Under the pieces are notes generated by a model. That model ran no database searches, was not told the origin of the DNA, and worked only from the letters and a program-made list of their open reading frames with translations. Position numbers and translations under genes: made by a program. Positions 37,570 through 47,016 of a DNA stretch of 64,000 bases are shown in pieces. The stretch covers positions 28,780 through 92,779 of the forward strand of contig CALVQW010000006.1 of assembly GCA_944358385.1 (NCBI GenBank). Direction: 5' to 3'. Source of the DNA: an uncultured Clostridia bacterium (lineage in GTDB: Bacteria > Bacillota > Clostridia > Christensenellales > CAG-917). The first letter of the stretch is position 1. Each line of letters starts with the position of its first letter.

Positions 37570-39168
37570 ATGCGTATGGTGCTGGCAAGGGGAGACTGGT
37601 ATTTCACGGTGTGCGCGCTAATTGTGGGAGCGTTCATGTCCGTGCCTTACGTTTACGCGGTGCAGCAGGACAATTACCGCGTCGCGGAGGTGTGGAAGAG
37701 CAGGCGGGTGCGGGGAGCGTATCTTGCCGACCTTTTGTGCATCCTGGTGTTCGGCGGAGCATGGGCGGGGTGCTGGTTCCTCTCCTCGCGGATGTTTTGG
37801 GGATTTCTCGCCTCCCTCTTTTTCTGTATAGCGGAAGTCGCGCTGTACATCGTGGACGAAGCTCCCAAGCGCAAGAAACCGCTGCGTTACACCCGCCGTG
37901 CGGTGCGGGTTATGGCGGCGGTCTCGCTCGTCTCCGGAGCGGCGGTGACGGCGGCGATCGCGTTCATCAACGCCCATGTCGAGGACGAGTATCTGCGTTA
38001 TCCCGTCTTTTTCGCGCTGTCCGCGCTCTATCCTCTCATATTTTCGGGGACGCTGGCATTCGTCAACATTTTCGAGAGGATGAACAACCGCCGCTACGAA
38101 CGGCGCACCCGCCGCGCGCTCTCTGCGGAGAGGGATCTGGTGAGGATAGGCATCACGGGGAGCTACGGCAAGACGACTGTGAAAAACGCGCTTGCCGCCA
38201 TGCTTTCGGTGCGGTTCAACGTCCTTGCCACTCCCGCAAGCTACAACACGCCGATGGGGATCGCGCGGGCAGTGAGAGTACTCAACTCCTCGCACGACTT
38301 TTTCATTGCGGAGATGGGCGCGAGAAGAAGGGGAGATATCGCGCGGCTCATGCGCATCGTGCGCCCCTCCCACACCATACTCACGGGCATCAACGATCAG
38401 CATCTGGAAACTTTCGGGAGCAGGGAGGGGATCGTGCGCGAGAAGCTGAAGATCCTCGACGTGAGGGCGGAGGACGGCGCGTGCATAGTGAATGACAGGC
38501 TGGCAGCCCTGCCCGCCGTCGCCGAGAACAGGCGGGACAACATCGTGCTTGCGGGCGGGGACGAACACTCCCGCGTGCATTACTCGGATGTGACGGTGTG
38601 CGCGGACGGCAGTGCGTTCACGCTGTGGTTCTACGGCACTCCCGTGCAGTGCGTGACGCGGCTCTTGGGCGTCCACAACGTGGAGGACATCACGCTTGCC
38701 GCGGCGATGGCGTTCCGTTTCGGCATATCGCCGGAGGAGATAAGGGACGCGGTGGCGGAACTCGCGCCCGTCCCCCACCGTTTGCAGCTCATAGAGGGCA
38801 ACGGGATAAGCATCATAGACGACACATTCAACACCAATCCCGACGGCGCGAAACGCGCTCTCGAAGTGCTCGCGCTCTTTCCGGGAAGGAAGGTCGCGCT
38901 CACACCGGGGATGGTGGAACTCGGAGCGGAGGAGAACGCCGCCAACAAGGAACTCGGACGTATGCTCGCGTCCGTGGCGGATGTGGTGCTGCTGGTGGGC
39001 GGCAGGAGGGCGCGCACGGTCGCCGCCGGGTTGAAGGAGGGCGGCTTTGAGGGTGAAACGAGGGTGTATGCCACTCTCGCGGACGCACAGGCGGATTTCA
39101 AACGGGTGCTGCACGTGGGCGATGTGCTTCTCCTGCTCAACGATCTGCCCGACTGTTACGACGATTAG
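37570..39168 (+). CDS. MurF-like Mur ligase with a polytopic N-terminal membrane domain
   Basis: ORF-track 37549..39168, with ATG 37570 after GGGGAG. The first ~190 aa contain about 5 hydrophobic helices. Then follow the Mur-ligase P-loop ITGSYGKTT, SYNTPMGIA, AEMGARRRGDIARL, INDQHLETFGS, IDDTFNTNPDG and PGMVELG. It sits immediately upstream of ddl. Confidence 0.8.
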   Translation: MRMVLARGDWYFTVCALIVGAFMSVPYVYAVQQDNYRVAEVWKSRRVRGAYLADLLCILVFGGAWAGCWFLSSRMFWGFLASLFFCIAEVALYIVDEAPKRKKPLRYTRRAVRVMAAVSLVSGAAVTAAIAFINAHVEDEYLRYPVFFALSALYPLIFSGTLAFVNIFERMNNRRYERRTRRALSAERDLVRIGITGSYGKTTVKNALAAMLSVRFNVLATPASYNTPMGIARAVRVLNSSHDFFIAEMGARRRGDIARLMRIVRPSHTILTGINDQHLETFGSREGIVREKLKILDVRAEDGACIVNDRLAALPAVAENRRDNIVLAGGDEHSRVHYSDVTVCADGSAFTLWFYGTPVQCVTRLLGVHNVEDITLAAAMAFRFGISPEEIRDAVAELAPVPHRLQLIEGNGISIIDDTFNTNPDGAKRALEVLALFPGRKVALTPGMVELGAEENAANKELGRMLASVADVVLLVGGRRARTVAAGLKEGGFEGETRVYATLADAQADFKRVLHVGDVLLLLNDLPDCYDD

Positions 39169-39195
39169 GGCGCGCGACCGCGCGGGGAGGGAAAA

Positions 39196-40323
39196 ATGAA
39201 AAAGAAGATCGCGCTTATCTTCGGCGGAAGATCCTTGGAGAGCGACATCTCCGTCATCACCGCGCTGCAAACGCTCGCGGCACTCGGGGAGACGGACTAC
39301 GACGTCGCGCCCGTCTATCTCACGGAAGGCGGGTTTTTCATGAAAGGGCTTGACGACATCTCGGCGTTCACGCCTTTTCGTCCCGATGCGCACACGCGCG
39401 TCACGCTGGCGGACGGGGTGTTCTGTTCCCTCAGAAAGAACAGGCTGAAAAGAGAGTTTCGTCCCGATGCGGCACTCATATGCTGCCACGGCGGAGAGGG
39501 GGAGAACGGGGTGTTGCAGGGGCTTTTGGACTTCAACGGCGTGAGCTACGCATCGTCGGGGGTGTGCGGCTCCGCACTCACGATGGACAAGGCGGCGTCC
39601 AAGTGCGCCTTCGAGCATATGCTCCTCAACGTGGTGCAATATCACACTCTCTTTTCCCGCGATGTGCGGCGGGATATGGTCGGAGCGGCGGAGGAGTGCG
39701 AGGGGGTGTTGAGATACCCCATGATCGTCAAGCCCGCGTCCCAGGGGAGCAGCATAGGCATAGCGGCGGCGCATGACAGAGAGGAGCTGACCGCCGCGCT
39801 GGCGGCTGCCGCGGAGTTCGACCGCAAGATCATCGTGGAGGAGAAGTTGGAAAATTTCCGTGAAGTGAATTGTGCGGCTTATTCCGACGGGGAGAGCATA
39901 GTCGTCTCGGAGACGGAGACGCCGATCTCGGCAGGGGAACTGCTCACCTTCGAGGACAAATATCTCGGCGGCGCGAAGGCGGGAGAGGGGCGCGTCACGC
40001 CCGCGGACGTGGGAGAGGAGCTGAACGCCCTCATCAAGTCGCTCACGGAAAGGATATACCGCGCGTTGGAACTGCGCGGCGTGGTGAGGACGGATTTTCT
40101 GGTGGATACGGAGAGAGGGAAAGTGTACGTCAACGAGGTGAACACCGTGCCGGGTTCGCTGGCGTTCTATCTTTTCGCGCCCCTCGGCATAACATTCCCC
40201 GAAATGCTCACCGCCGTAATAGAGGACGCTCTCGCGGGAGGGCGGGAGAGAGCTGCGAGACGCGCGTTCCCTTCCCGCGTGCTGGAATTCTACGGCAAAG
40301 GCGGCGGCAAGACCGCGAAGTGA
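39196..40323 (+). CDS. ddl: D-alanine--D-alanine ligase
   Basis: 375-aa ORF with SD GGGGAGGG. KIALIFGGRSLESDISV, an ATP-grasp body (YPMIVKPASQGSSIGI) and EVNTVPGSL are present. Confidence 0.93.
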   Translation: MKKKIALIFGGRSLESDISVITALQTLAALGETDYDVAPVYLTEGGFFMKGLDDISAFTPFRPDAHTRVTLADGVFCSLRKNRLKREFRPDAALICCHGGEGENGVLQGLLDFNGVSYASSGVCGSALTMDKAASKCAFEHMLLNVVQYHTLFSRDVRRDMVGAAEECEGVLRYPMIVKPASQGSSIGIAAAHDREELTAALAAAAEFDRKIIVEEKLENFREVNCAAYSDGESIVVSETETPISAGELLTFEDKYLGGAKAGEGRVTPADVGEELNALIKSLTERIYRALELRGVVRTDFLVDTERGKVYVNEVNTVPGSLAFYLFAPLGITFPEMLTAVIEDALAGGRERAARRAFPSRVLEFYGKGGGKTAK

Positions 40324-40354
40324 CGCCGTTCCTTCCGCCCTATTTTCCGACAAA

Positions 40355-40423
40355 CTTTACAGTTGGGGACGGGGCAAATTTGTAAAGAAACTTTACAAAA
40401 AAGAACCGTCCCCAAGTGTAAAG
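40355..40423. repeat. 69-bp imperfect palindrome carrying two copies of the ACA(C/G)TTGGGGACGG word
   Basis: The arm 40355-40387 mirrors 40391-40423. The central palindrome is TTGTAAAG-AAA-CTTTACAA. The word is at 40359-40372 and inverted at 40406-40419. Confidence 0.7.
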
Positions 40424-40538
40424 GCGGGGGTGTTCGGTGCGGGAAGGGCGGGGCGCGGCGTGCGGCGAGGCGGCGGAGCGGAGAACAGTTGCAAAAGAGA
40501 GCGCGATGTGCTATCATATCCGCATTGCGAGGTGAACA

Positions 40539-41726
40539 ATGGATAAGATCAGAATGACTACCCCCCTCGTCGAAATGGACGGGGACGAAATGACACGCGT
40601 GCTTTGGCAGTGGGTGAAGGACATCCTCATCACGCCGTACGTCGATCTCAAAACGGAATACTATGACCTCTCTTTGGAGAACCGCGACGCCACCGACGAC
40701 AAGGTGACCGCAGACGCGGCTGCCGCCTGTCTCAGGCTGGGAGTGGGCGTGAAATGCGCCACCATCACCCCCAACGCCCAGAGGGTGGAGGAGTTCGGGC
40801 TGAAAAAGATGTGGGCAAGCCCCAATGCGACCATCCGCGCCATGATGGACGGCACGGTGTTCCGCGCGCCCGTCATCGTCCGCGGCATCACCCCTCTCGT
40901 CCCCGGCTGGAAGAAGCCCATCACCATCGCCCGTCACGCATACGGCGACGTGTATAAGGGAGTGGAGATGAAGGCGCAGGGCGGCAAAGCCACGCTCTCC
41001 TGCGACGGCAACACCCTCACCGTATTCGACTTCGGCGGCAAGGAGGGCATCCTGCAAGCCATACACAACACCAAGGCGAGCATAGAGAGCTTTGCGAGGA
41101 GCTGCTTCAATTACGCCCTCGACACGGGGACGGACCTGTGGTTCTCCACCAAGGACACCATTTCCAAGACCTATGACCACACCTTCAAGGACATCTTTGC
41201 CGAGATATACGAGGCGGAATATAAGGAGAAATTTGAGGCGGCGGGGATAGAGTATTTCTACACCCTCATCGACGACGCGGTCGCGCGCGTGATGCGTTCG
41301 GAAGGCGGCTTCATCTGGGCACTCAAAAACTATGACGGCGACGTGATGAGCGACATGGTAGCCACCGCGTTCGGTTCTCTTGCGATGATGACTTCCGTCC
41401 TCGTCTCTCCCACCGGGGCGTACGAGTTCGAGGCGGCGCACGGCACCGTCACCCGCCACTTCCGCAAATATCAGAAGGGGGAGGAGACTTCCACCAACTC
41501 TGTGGCGACGCTGTTCGCGTGGACGGGCGCACTCAAAAAGCGCGGCGACCTGGACGGCAACAAGGAGCTTTCCGATTTCGCGGAAAGGCTGGAAAAGGCG
41601 ACCATCGACACCATCGAGAGCGGCGAGATGACCAAGGATCTTGCGGGCATGTTCAAGCTTGACGGCGTGACCGTAAAGGCGTTGAACAGCAGGGAGTTCC
41701 TCGAAGCGGTCGCAAAGAGGCTGTGA
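40539..41726 (+). CDS. icd: NADP-dependent isocitrate dehydrogenase (eukaryotic-like subfamily II)
   Basis: 395-aa ORF with SD GAGGTGA. VEMDGDEMTRVLW, KCATITPN and NYDGDVMSD motifs are present. Confidence 0.95.
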   Translation: MDKIRMTTPLVEMDGDEMTRVLWQWVKDILITPYVDLKTEYYDLSLENRDATDDKVTADAAAACLRLGVGVKCATITPNAQRVEEFGLKKMWASPNATIRAMMDGTVFRAPVIVRGITPLVPGWKKPITIARHAYGDVYKGVEMKAQGGKATLSCDGNTLTVFDFGGKEGILQAIHNTKASIESFARSCFNYALDTGTDLWFSTKDTISKTYDHTFKDIFAEIYEAEYKEKFEAAGIEYFYTLIDDAVARVMRSEGGFIWALKNYDGDVMSDMVATAFGSLAMMTSVLVSPTGAYEFEAAHGTVTRHFRKYQKGEETSTNSVATLFAWTGALKKRGDLDGNKELSDFAERLEKATIDTIESGEMTKDLAGMFKLDGVTVKALNSREFLEAVAKRL

Positions 41727-41765
41727 CAGAAGAGCCGCAGCGTAAAAACAAAGACACGAAAAAAG

Positions 41766-41795
41766 AAAGCCCGGACGTTTCGTTCGGGCTTTTTA
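41766..41795. terminator. Bidirectional intrinsic terminator between icd and the convergent membrane-protein gene
   Basis: AAAGCCCGGACG (41766-41777) pairs with CGTTCGGGCTTT (41781-41792), with A-rich and T-rich flanks. Confidence 0.85.
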
Positions 41796-41828
41796 TATCT
41801 TTTGCGGCGTCGCCGCGCCATCCGTCAT

Positions 41829-42728
41829 TCAATCCTTGGCGTAGATGACGCGCTGAGCGCAGTTGATCTCGATACTGTCGCGGTAGAAGGCGGGGATGGT
41901 GATCATCACCTGCTCTTCTATGCGGTTGGGCTGGAAGCAGAGGTCGAGCATGACATCGAGAGGGGAATCGTGCGCAGGCTCTTCGGTGCGCAGCACGTTG
42001 ACTTCGTAAAGATCCTGCCCGTGCATCTCCCTGGAAATGTTGTACTCGTCAGGATAGAGGTTGTAGCAGGCGACGGTCACCATGGTCGCATCCGCGTCAT
42101 ACCTCACCACGATCTTCCTGTCCTCGGCGTCGATGTTGATCGCCGTCACTTCGTTGGGGCTGAACTTCCCGCGGATGGGTTCGCTCTCCGCATACCAGCC
42201 GTGGGAAGTCATATAGTCGCTGCGCGCGTCCACCCACTTGTCCGCATCCAGACTGCCCATTGCGGCGGACGCGATGACAAAGACGACGGCAAGCAGCAAA
42301 AGGGCATAGCCGACATTCTGGAAGGTGAAGTGCTTGGGCTTGAAGATGACGGAGGAACTCTTTTTCTCCTTCCCTGCGGGGGCGGCAGCGTTCTCGGTGA
42401 CTGTTTCGCTGCGCACCGGCACGGTGTCGTCATCCTCTCCGCGCACAAAGAATTTCGCACCGGGGGCGTCCGGCCAGCGGTCGTACCACACCTTGCGCAT
42501 ATAGGAGAGGAACCCGTGCAAGGAGATGGGCAACAGTCCCGCCCCTATAAAGGAGAGTCCGAAGAGGGTGAGGAACGCCATTGCCGAGTTCCATGCGATG
42601 TAGACGCCGATCGCGTAGCTCAACGCCACCGCCCAGAGTGCCGCCATTGCGAGAACGAGCAGCACCAGCCCGGCGATGGGGAGCGCGAGCAGGAATTTCT
42701 GTGTTCTTTCGGATCTTTCTTTTTTCAT
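41829..42728 (-). CDS. Hypothetical membrane protein, 299 aa
   Basis: ORF-track entry with N-terminal TM helices, one further TM helix and a C-terminal extracytoplasmic domain. I recognise no family. Confidence 0.6.
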   Translation of the reverse strand: MKKERSERTQKFLLALPIAGLVLLVLAMAALWAVALSYAIGVYIAWNSAMAFLTLFGLSFIGAGLLPISLHGFLSYMRKVWYDRWPDAPGAKFFVRGEDDDTVPVRSETVTENAAAPAGKEKKSSSVIFKPKHFTFQNVGYALLLLAVVFVIASAAMGSLDADKWVDARSDYMTSHGWYAESEPIRGKFSPNEVTAINIDAEDRKIVVRYDADATMVTVACYNLYPDEYNISREMHGQDLYEVNVLRTEEPAHDSPLDVMLDLCFQPNRIEEQVMITIPAFYRDSIEINCAQRVIYAKD

Positions 42729-42757
42729 ATGCCGTGAACTTCCGTTTGGTGGCTTTC

Positions 42758-42787
42758 ATTATAGTCAAACGCTTTCGCGCAAGTCAA
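42758..42787 (-). promoter_or_regulatory. Promoter of the 41829..42728 gene
   Basis: On the minus strand: TTGACT (42787-42782), 18 nt, TATAAT (42763-42758). The leader is 29 nt. Confidence 0.5.
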
Positions 42788-42941
42788 GCGAACCGCCCTT
42801 TCCCGCGGCATTAAAGTTCTAGCCTTTTTGCTTGCGGCATAGACTTTGTTGGGCGGAGAAGGGAAAACGACGCATTTCGACATTCTTCGGCAAAATCTGT
42901 TATCCCCCGACCGTCGGAATTATTTTATGATGAGGTGAACG

Positions 42942-43715
42942 GTGTTTGTCGTCCTGAAAAAGCGGAATATCATGCTGGCGGCGGCGTGCGTGCTGCTTGT
43001 TGCCGTACTCACCGCGGCGGTGGGCGCGTCGGGGAGCGCGGGAGTGTTCTTCGGCGTGAGTTCGAGGAAGATCCCCGTCTACTGCGTGGAGAGGGGAGAG
43101 GACGAAGAAAAGGTGGTGGCACTCACCTTCGACGCGGCGTGGGGAGCGGACAAGACGCAGGGCATAATGGATCTGCTCACCGAGTACGACGCGGGCGGCA
43201 CCTTCTTCCTCGTCGGGTTCTGGCTGGACAAATACCCCGATATGGCGAGAAAGATCGCGGAGGCGGGGTTTGAGATCGGCAACCACTCCGCCAACCACCT
43301 CAACATGCCCAAGCTCAACGACGAGACCATGCGGGCGGAGATAAGCTCTGTCAATGCGAGGATAGAAGAGCTTGCGGGCGTGCGCCCCACCTACTTCCGC
43401 GCGCCTTACGGAGACTATTCGGACAGGCTGATGACGGCGGTGGAGAAGGAGGGCATGGTGGGCGTGCAGTGGAGCATAGACACGCTGGATTGGAAGGGGC
43501 TTTCGGCGGCTGAGATCGCCGAGCGCGTGGTGCCGAAGGCGGAGAGCGGAGACATCATACTCTTCCACAACAACTCCGACCACGTGCTGGACGCGCTGCC
43601 CCTCGTGCTGTTGGGGCTGAAAAACAGAGGCTTTAAGTTCGTGGGGCTTTCCGAGCTGGTGGCGACGGAGGATTTCACCGTGGACCACACGGGCAGACAA
43701 CACAAAAACGCATAA
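42942..43715 (+). CDS. Polysaccharide deacetylase (CE4 / NodB homology, PdaB-like)
   Basis: 257-aa ORF with a GTG start and a signal/TM N-terminus. LTFDAAWG, GNHSANH, YFRAPYG and LFHNN motifs are present. Confidence 0.85.
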   Translation: MFVVLKKRNIMLAAACVLLVAVLTAAVGASGSAGVFFGVSSRKIPVYCVERGEDEEKVVALTFDAAWGADKTQGIMDLLTEYDAGGTFFLVGFWLDKYPDMARKIAEAGFEIGNHSANHLNMPKLNDETMRAEISSVNARIEELAGVRPTYFRAPYGDYSDRLMTAVEKEGMVGVQWSIDTLDWKGLSAAEIAERVVPKAESGDIILFHNNSDHVLDALPLVLLGLKNRGFKFVGLSELVATEDFTVDHTGRQHKNA

Positions 43716-43750
43716 AACACCTCCCGCGCACAGCGGGAAAGAGAGGAATC

Positions 43751-44383
43751 ATGGGATACGAACAAATGCAGAACAACAGAGCGTACGTCGCGGGGACAGT
43801 GACGTCGGAGCCGGTATTCTCGCACGAAGTGTTGGGAGAGAGGTTCTACGATCTGACGCTGGACGTCAAGAGGCTTTCGGACAGGTCGGACACCCTTCCC
43901 GTCACGGTCTCGGACAGACTGCTGGGCGACTTCCGCCCGGAGATAGGGGACAGACTCGGCGTATCCGGACAGCTGCGCAGCTACAACAAGCAGTGCGAGG
44001 GCAGGAGCAAACTCATCATCCGCGTCTTCGCAAGAGAGCTTGACGACGGCGAGGGAGGAGTGCCCAACCGCATAGAACTTGAAGGCTATGTGTGCAAACC
44101 GCCCGTCTACCGCGTCACTCCCTTCGGCAGGGAGATATGCGATATGCTGCTCGCCGTCAACCGCGCGTACAACAAGTCCGACTACATCCCCGCCATAGTG
44201 TGGGGGAGAAATGCCAAGTACGCGGGAGAATTCGCTGTGGGGGACAGAGTGTCGGTGACGGGCAGGCTGCAATCCCGCATCTATCAAAAGACTCTCCCCG
44301 ACGGCAGCACGGAGGAGAGAGTGGCTTATGAAGTCTCCGTCTCGCAGATATGCGCGGCGGGGGAGAGGGCGGGAGACTTCTGA
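43751..44383 (+). CDS. SSB-like protein with two OB folds in one chain
   Basis: 210-aa ORF with SD GAGAGGA. It has two internally similar halves (NRAYVAGTVTSEPV...GDRLGVSGQLRSY and NRIELEGYVCKPPV...GDRVSVTGRLQSR). Confidence 0.55.
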   Translation: MGYEQMQNNRAYVAGTVTSEPVFSHEVLGERFYDLTLDVKRLSDRSDTLPVTVSDRLLGDFRPEIGDRLGVSGQLRSYNKQCEGRSKLIIRVFARELDDGEGGVPNRIELEGYVCKPPVYRVTPFGREICDMLLAVNRAYNKSDYIPAIVWGRNAKYAGEFAVGDRVSVTGRLQSRIYQKTLPDGSTEERVAYEVSVSQICAAGERAGDF

Positions 44384-44564
44384 CTCCTTGCCGCCGAGTA
44401 GCCAAGTCCTTCATGCCGAGCCGTCAAGTCCTTCCCGCTAAGATGCGGTGAAGGGAGCGGCTCGCGTGCGCCCCGCGACCGGGCGGCGGGAGCGGCGGAG
44501 CATGTCGGGAAGGCGGGAGCGGAAACGGAGAGATCGGGGCGGCGGCGGGACAGCGAAGCCGCGG

Positions 44565-44587
44565 ACGGCGCGTTTGCGCCGTTTTTT
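44565..44587 (+). terminator. Intrinsic terminator after the SSB-like gene
   Basis: ACGGCGC (44565-44571) pairs with GCGCCGT (44576-44582), followed by TTTTT. Confidence 0.75.
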
Positions 44588-44588
44588 G

Positions 44589-44617
44589 TTTACAAAAACG
44601 CGCGTCTATTGTATAAT
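44589..44617 (+). promoter_or_regulatory. Promoter of the GH36 gene
   Basis: TTTACA (44589-44594), 17 nt, TATAAT (44612-44617). SD AAAGGTGA follows before ATG 44635. Confidence 0.65.
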
Positions 44618-44634
44618 CTTTTAAAGGTGAAATC

Positions 44635-46317
44635 ATGAAAAAGATGAAACTCGAAGATTTTGCTCTGCGCATAACCTACATCGTCGACGGCAGCGAAGTC
44701 GTGGTGGGAGAGGGAGACGCCAATGTCTCGGTGACCAAGCTCCTGGACAACGACAGACTGGTCGTCACGCTGAATGCGGCAAAGAAGGTGCGTCTGGTCT
44801 CGGCGAGGCTGGTGCAGTCCCGCGCACTCGGCGACAATGAACGCTTTTTCGGTGGCGGTTATCAGTCCTGGACGCTGACGAGGGAGTACTCTCCGCGTGA
44901 CAGACAGGTGGGGCTTAGGAATCTTTCCAACCTTCCCGTCGTCCGCACATTCGCGGCGGCGCATGGGGATTACGATTTCGTGCGTTACGGCAAAGGTCTT
45001 TACCATTCCCACGGCTACACCTACATCCGCGAGGGCAGAGAGCTGGAATTTTTCGGCTCGCTGGACGAAAGTTTCGCCTTCACCGTGTTTTATCTGGACG
45101 CGAAGGAAAAGGTGTTCGCCATCGTCAAGGACGTGGAAGGCGCGGATGTGGAAGGAGAGGTCAGACTCTTCGACATCGTGCGCTTTGACGGCGACTACGA
45201 CTCCGTGTTCGACCGCTACTTCAAGCTCTATCCCATCCGCCCCGCGAAGAGGGAGATAGACAGACTTGCGGGCTATACTTCGTGGTATAATTATTATCAG
45301 AACGTCACCGCCGACATCGTGCTGAGAGACCTCGAAGGCATGAGCGTCGCGGCGGGGAAAGCCGCCAACATCTTCCAGATCGACGACGGTTATGAGGAGA
45401 AAGTGGGGGATTGGCTCAGAGTGGACAAAGCCAAGTTCCCCGACGGCATGCGCCCGATGTCCGACGCCATACACGCCAAAGGCTATCTCGCGGGGATATG
45501 GGTGGCACCCTTTGCCGCGGAGTTCAAGGCGGCGGTCGTGAAGGAGCATTCGGATTGGCTGCTCCGCGACGAGAAGGGCAAGCTCGTCATCGGCGGCTTT
45601 GCGTGGAACGGGTTTTACGTCCTCGACCACGAGAAGGCGGAAGTCAGAGAGTATGTGAAAAAGGTGTTCGACACCGCGATAGACGAGTGGAACTATGATA
45701 TGTTCAAGCTGGATTTCCTTTATGCGGCGTGCATAATCCCGCGCGGAGGCAAGTCCAGAGGCAGACTCATGCACGAGGCGATGACATTCCTGCGCGAGTG
45801 TGTGAGGGATAAGCTCCTTCTCGGCTGCGGCGTCCCCATGACATCCTCCTTCGGCTTTGTGGACGCGTGCAGGACGGGCTGTGATGCGGAACTTTCCTTT
45901 GCGGACAAGTTCTATGTGAAATGCACCAACAACGAGATCATCTCCACCAAGCATTCCATCATCGACACCGTGTTCCGCCGTCACCTCAACGGCAGGATAT
46001 TCCTCTCCGATCCCGACGTGTTCTTCCTGAGAGACGACGGGATGAAACGCACGGATTACACGCAGTCTCAAAAGGAACTGCTCGCCAAAGTGAACAAGAT
46101 GTGCGGCAGCGTCCTCTTTGTCTCGGACAATGCGGGGGACTATGACGCGAAGCGCAGGGCGATGCTCCTCGACGCGTTCGCGCCCCTCGACGGCAGGATC
46201 ACCGAGGCGGAGATGGATGGGAGCAAGATCCACATCGGTTTTTGCGAAAAAGGCGTGGAAAAAAGCTTTGACTTCGATCTTTCCACGGGGGACTATACCG
46301 TCCGGGCGTTGAAGTAA
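44635..46317 (+). CDS. GH36-family alpha-galactosidase-like glycoside hydrolase
   Basis: 560-aa ORF with the catalytic-domain motifs GYTSWYNYY, FQIDDGY, GIWVAPF and FKLDFLYAA. Confidence 0.75.
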   Translation: MKKMKLEDFALRITYIVDGSEVVVGEGDANVSVTKLLDNDRLVVTLNAAKKVRLVSARLVQSRALGDNERFFGGGYQSWTLTREYSPRDRQVGLRNLSNLPVVRTFAAAHGDYDFVRYGKGLYHSHGYTYIREGRELEFFGSLDESFAFTVFYLDAKEKVFAIVKDVEGADVEGEVRLFDIVRFDGDYDSVFDRYFKLYPIRPAKREIDRLAGYTSWYNYYQNVTADIVLRDLEGMSVAAGKAANIFQIDDGYEEKVGDWLRVDKAKFPDGMRPMSDAIHAKGYLAGIWVAPFAAEFKAAVVKEHSDWLLRDEKGKLVIGGFAWNGFYVLDHEKAEVREYVKKVFDTAIDEWNYDMFKLDFLYAACIIPRGGKSRGRLMHEAMTFLRECVRDKLLLGCGVPMTSSFGFVDACRTGCDAELSFADKFYVKCTNNEIISTKHSIIDTVFRRHLNGRIFLSDPDVFFLRDDGMKRTDYTQSQKELLAKVNKMCGSVLFVSDNAGDYDAKRRAMLLDAFAPLDGRITEAEMDGSKIHIGFCEKGVEKSFDFDLSTGDYTVRALK

Positions 46318-47009
46318 TGGTGTACGTCGATCATTTGCGGCAAGTGCGCGAAGCCGTGGCGGAGTGCGGGCGGGAAGTCGCCGTCGTCGCCGCCGTCAAG
46401 ATGCAGACCAAGGAGACCGTTCGGGAACTCATGTGTCTTGCGCCCGATCTCATACTCGGCGAGAACCGCGTGCAGGAACTGACCGCCAAGTACGATCCCG
46501 CCTATCGCTGGCACTTCATAGGGCAGTTGCAGACCAACAAGGTCAAGTACATCATCGACAAAGTGGAGCTGATCCACTCCCTGGACAGGGCGGAACTCGC
46601 GCGGGAGATAGAGAAACAGGCGGCTAAGCACGACAAGGTGCAGGACTGTCTGGTGGAAGTCAATATGGGCAGCGAGATCTCAAAAGGCGGCGTCGCCCCC
46701 GATGATGTGACGGAGTTTCTGAAAACGCTGTCGGACTATCCGCACATCAGAGTGCGCGGGCTTATGAGCGTGCTGCCCAACCTCGGCGACACCCCGGAGC
46801 TGCGCGCCCTCTACGCCTCTTTGCAGGAGCTTTTCGAAGGCACGAAAGGGCTTTCTCTCCCCGGCTATTCCGCGGACATCCTCTCTGCGGGGATGTCGGG
46901 AGACTACCGCATCGCGCTGGAATACGGCTCGAATATGATCAGGCTCGGACGCACTCTCTTCGGAGAAAGGATATATCCCGCTGCCGCCGTCGGCGACGGC
47001 AACAGGTGA
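46317..47009 (+). CDS. yggS: YggS-family pyridoxal-phosphate homeostasis protein
   Basis: 230-aa ORF with LGENRVQE, HFIGQLQTNKVKY and SAGMSGDY motifs. The start overlaps the upstream stop (TAATG). Confidence 0.9.
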   Translation: MVYVDHLRQVREAVAECGREVAVVAAVKMQTKETVRELMCLAPDLILGENRVQELTAKYDPAYRWHFIGQLQTNKVKYIIDKVELIHSLDRAELAREIEKQAAKHDKVQDCLVEVNMGSEISKGGVAPDDVTEFLKTLSDYPHIRVRGLMSVLPNLGDTPELRALYASLQELFEGTKGLSLPGYSADILSAGMSGDYRIALEYGSNMIRLGRTLFGERIYPAAAVGDGNR

Positions 47010-47016
47010 GGTGACT

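Noticed and set aside
37618-40353. 911-aa minus-strand ORF, plus similar long shadow ORFs at 5631..7985, 12144..13871, 44590..46233 and 52500..54365 (all minus) and 49270..51093 (plus)
   Set aside because: All lie antisense to genes with clear family motifs and show the same R/H/G/A-rich composition. They are high-G+C artefacts, not overlapping genes.
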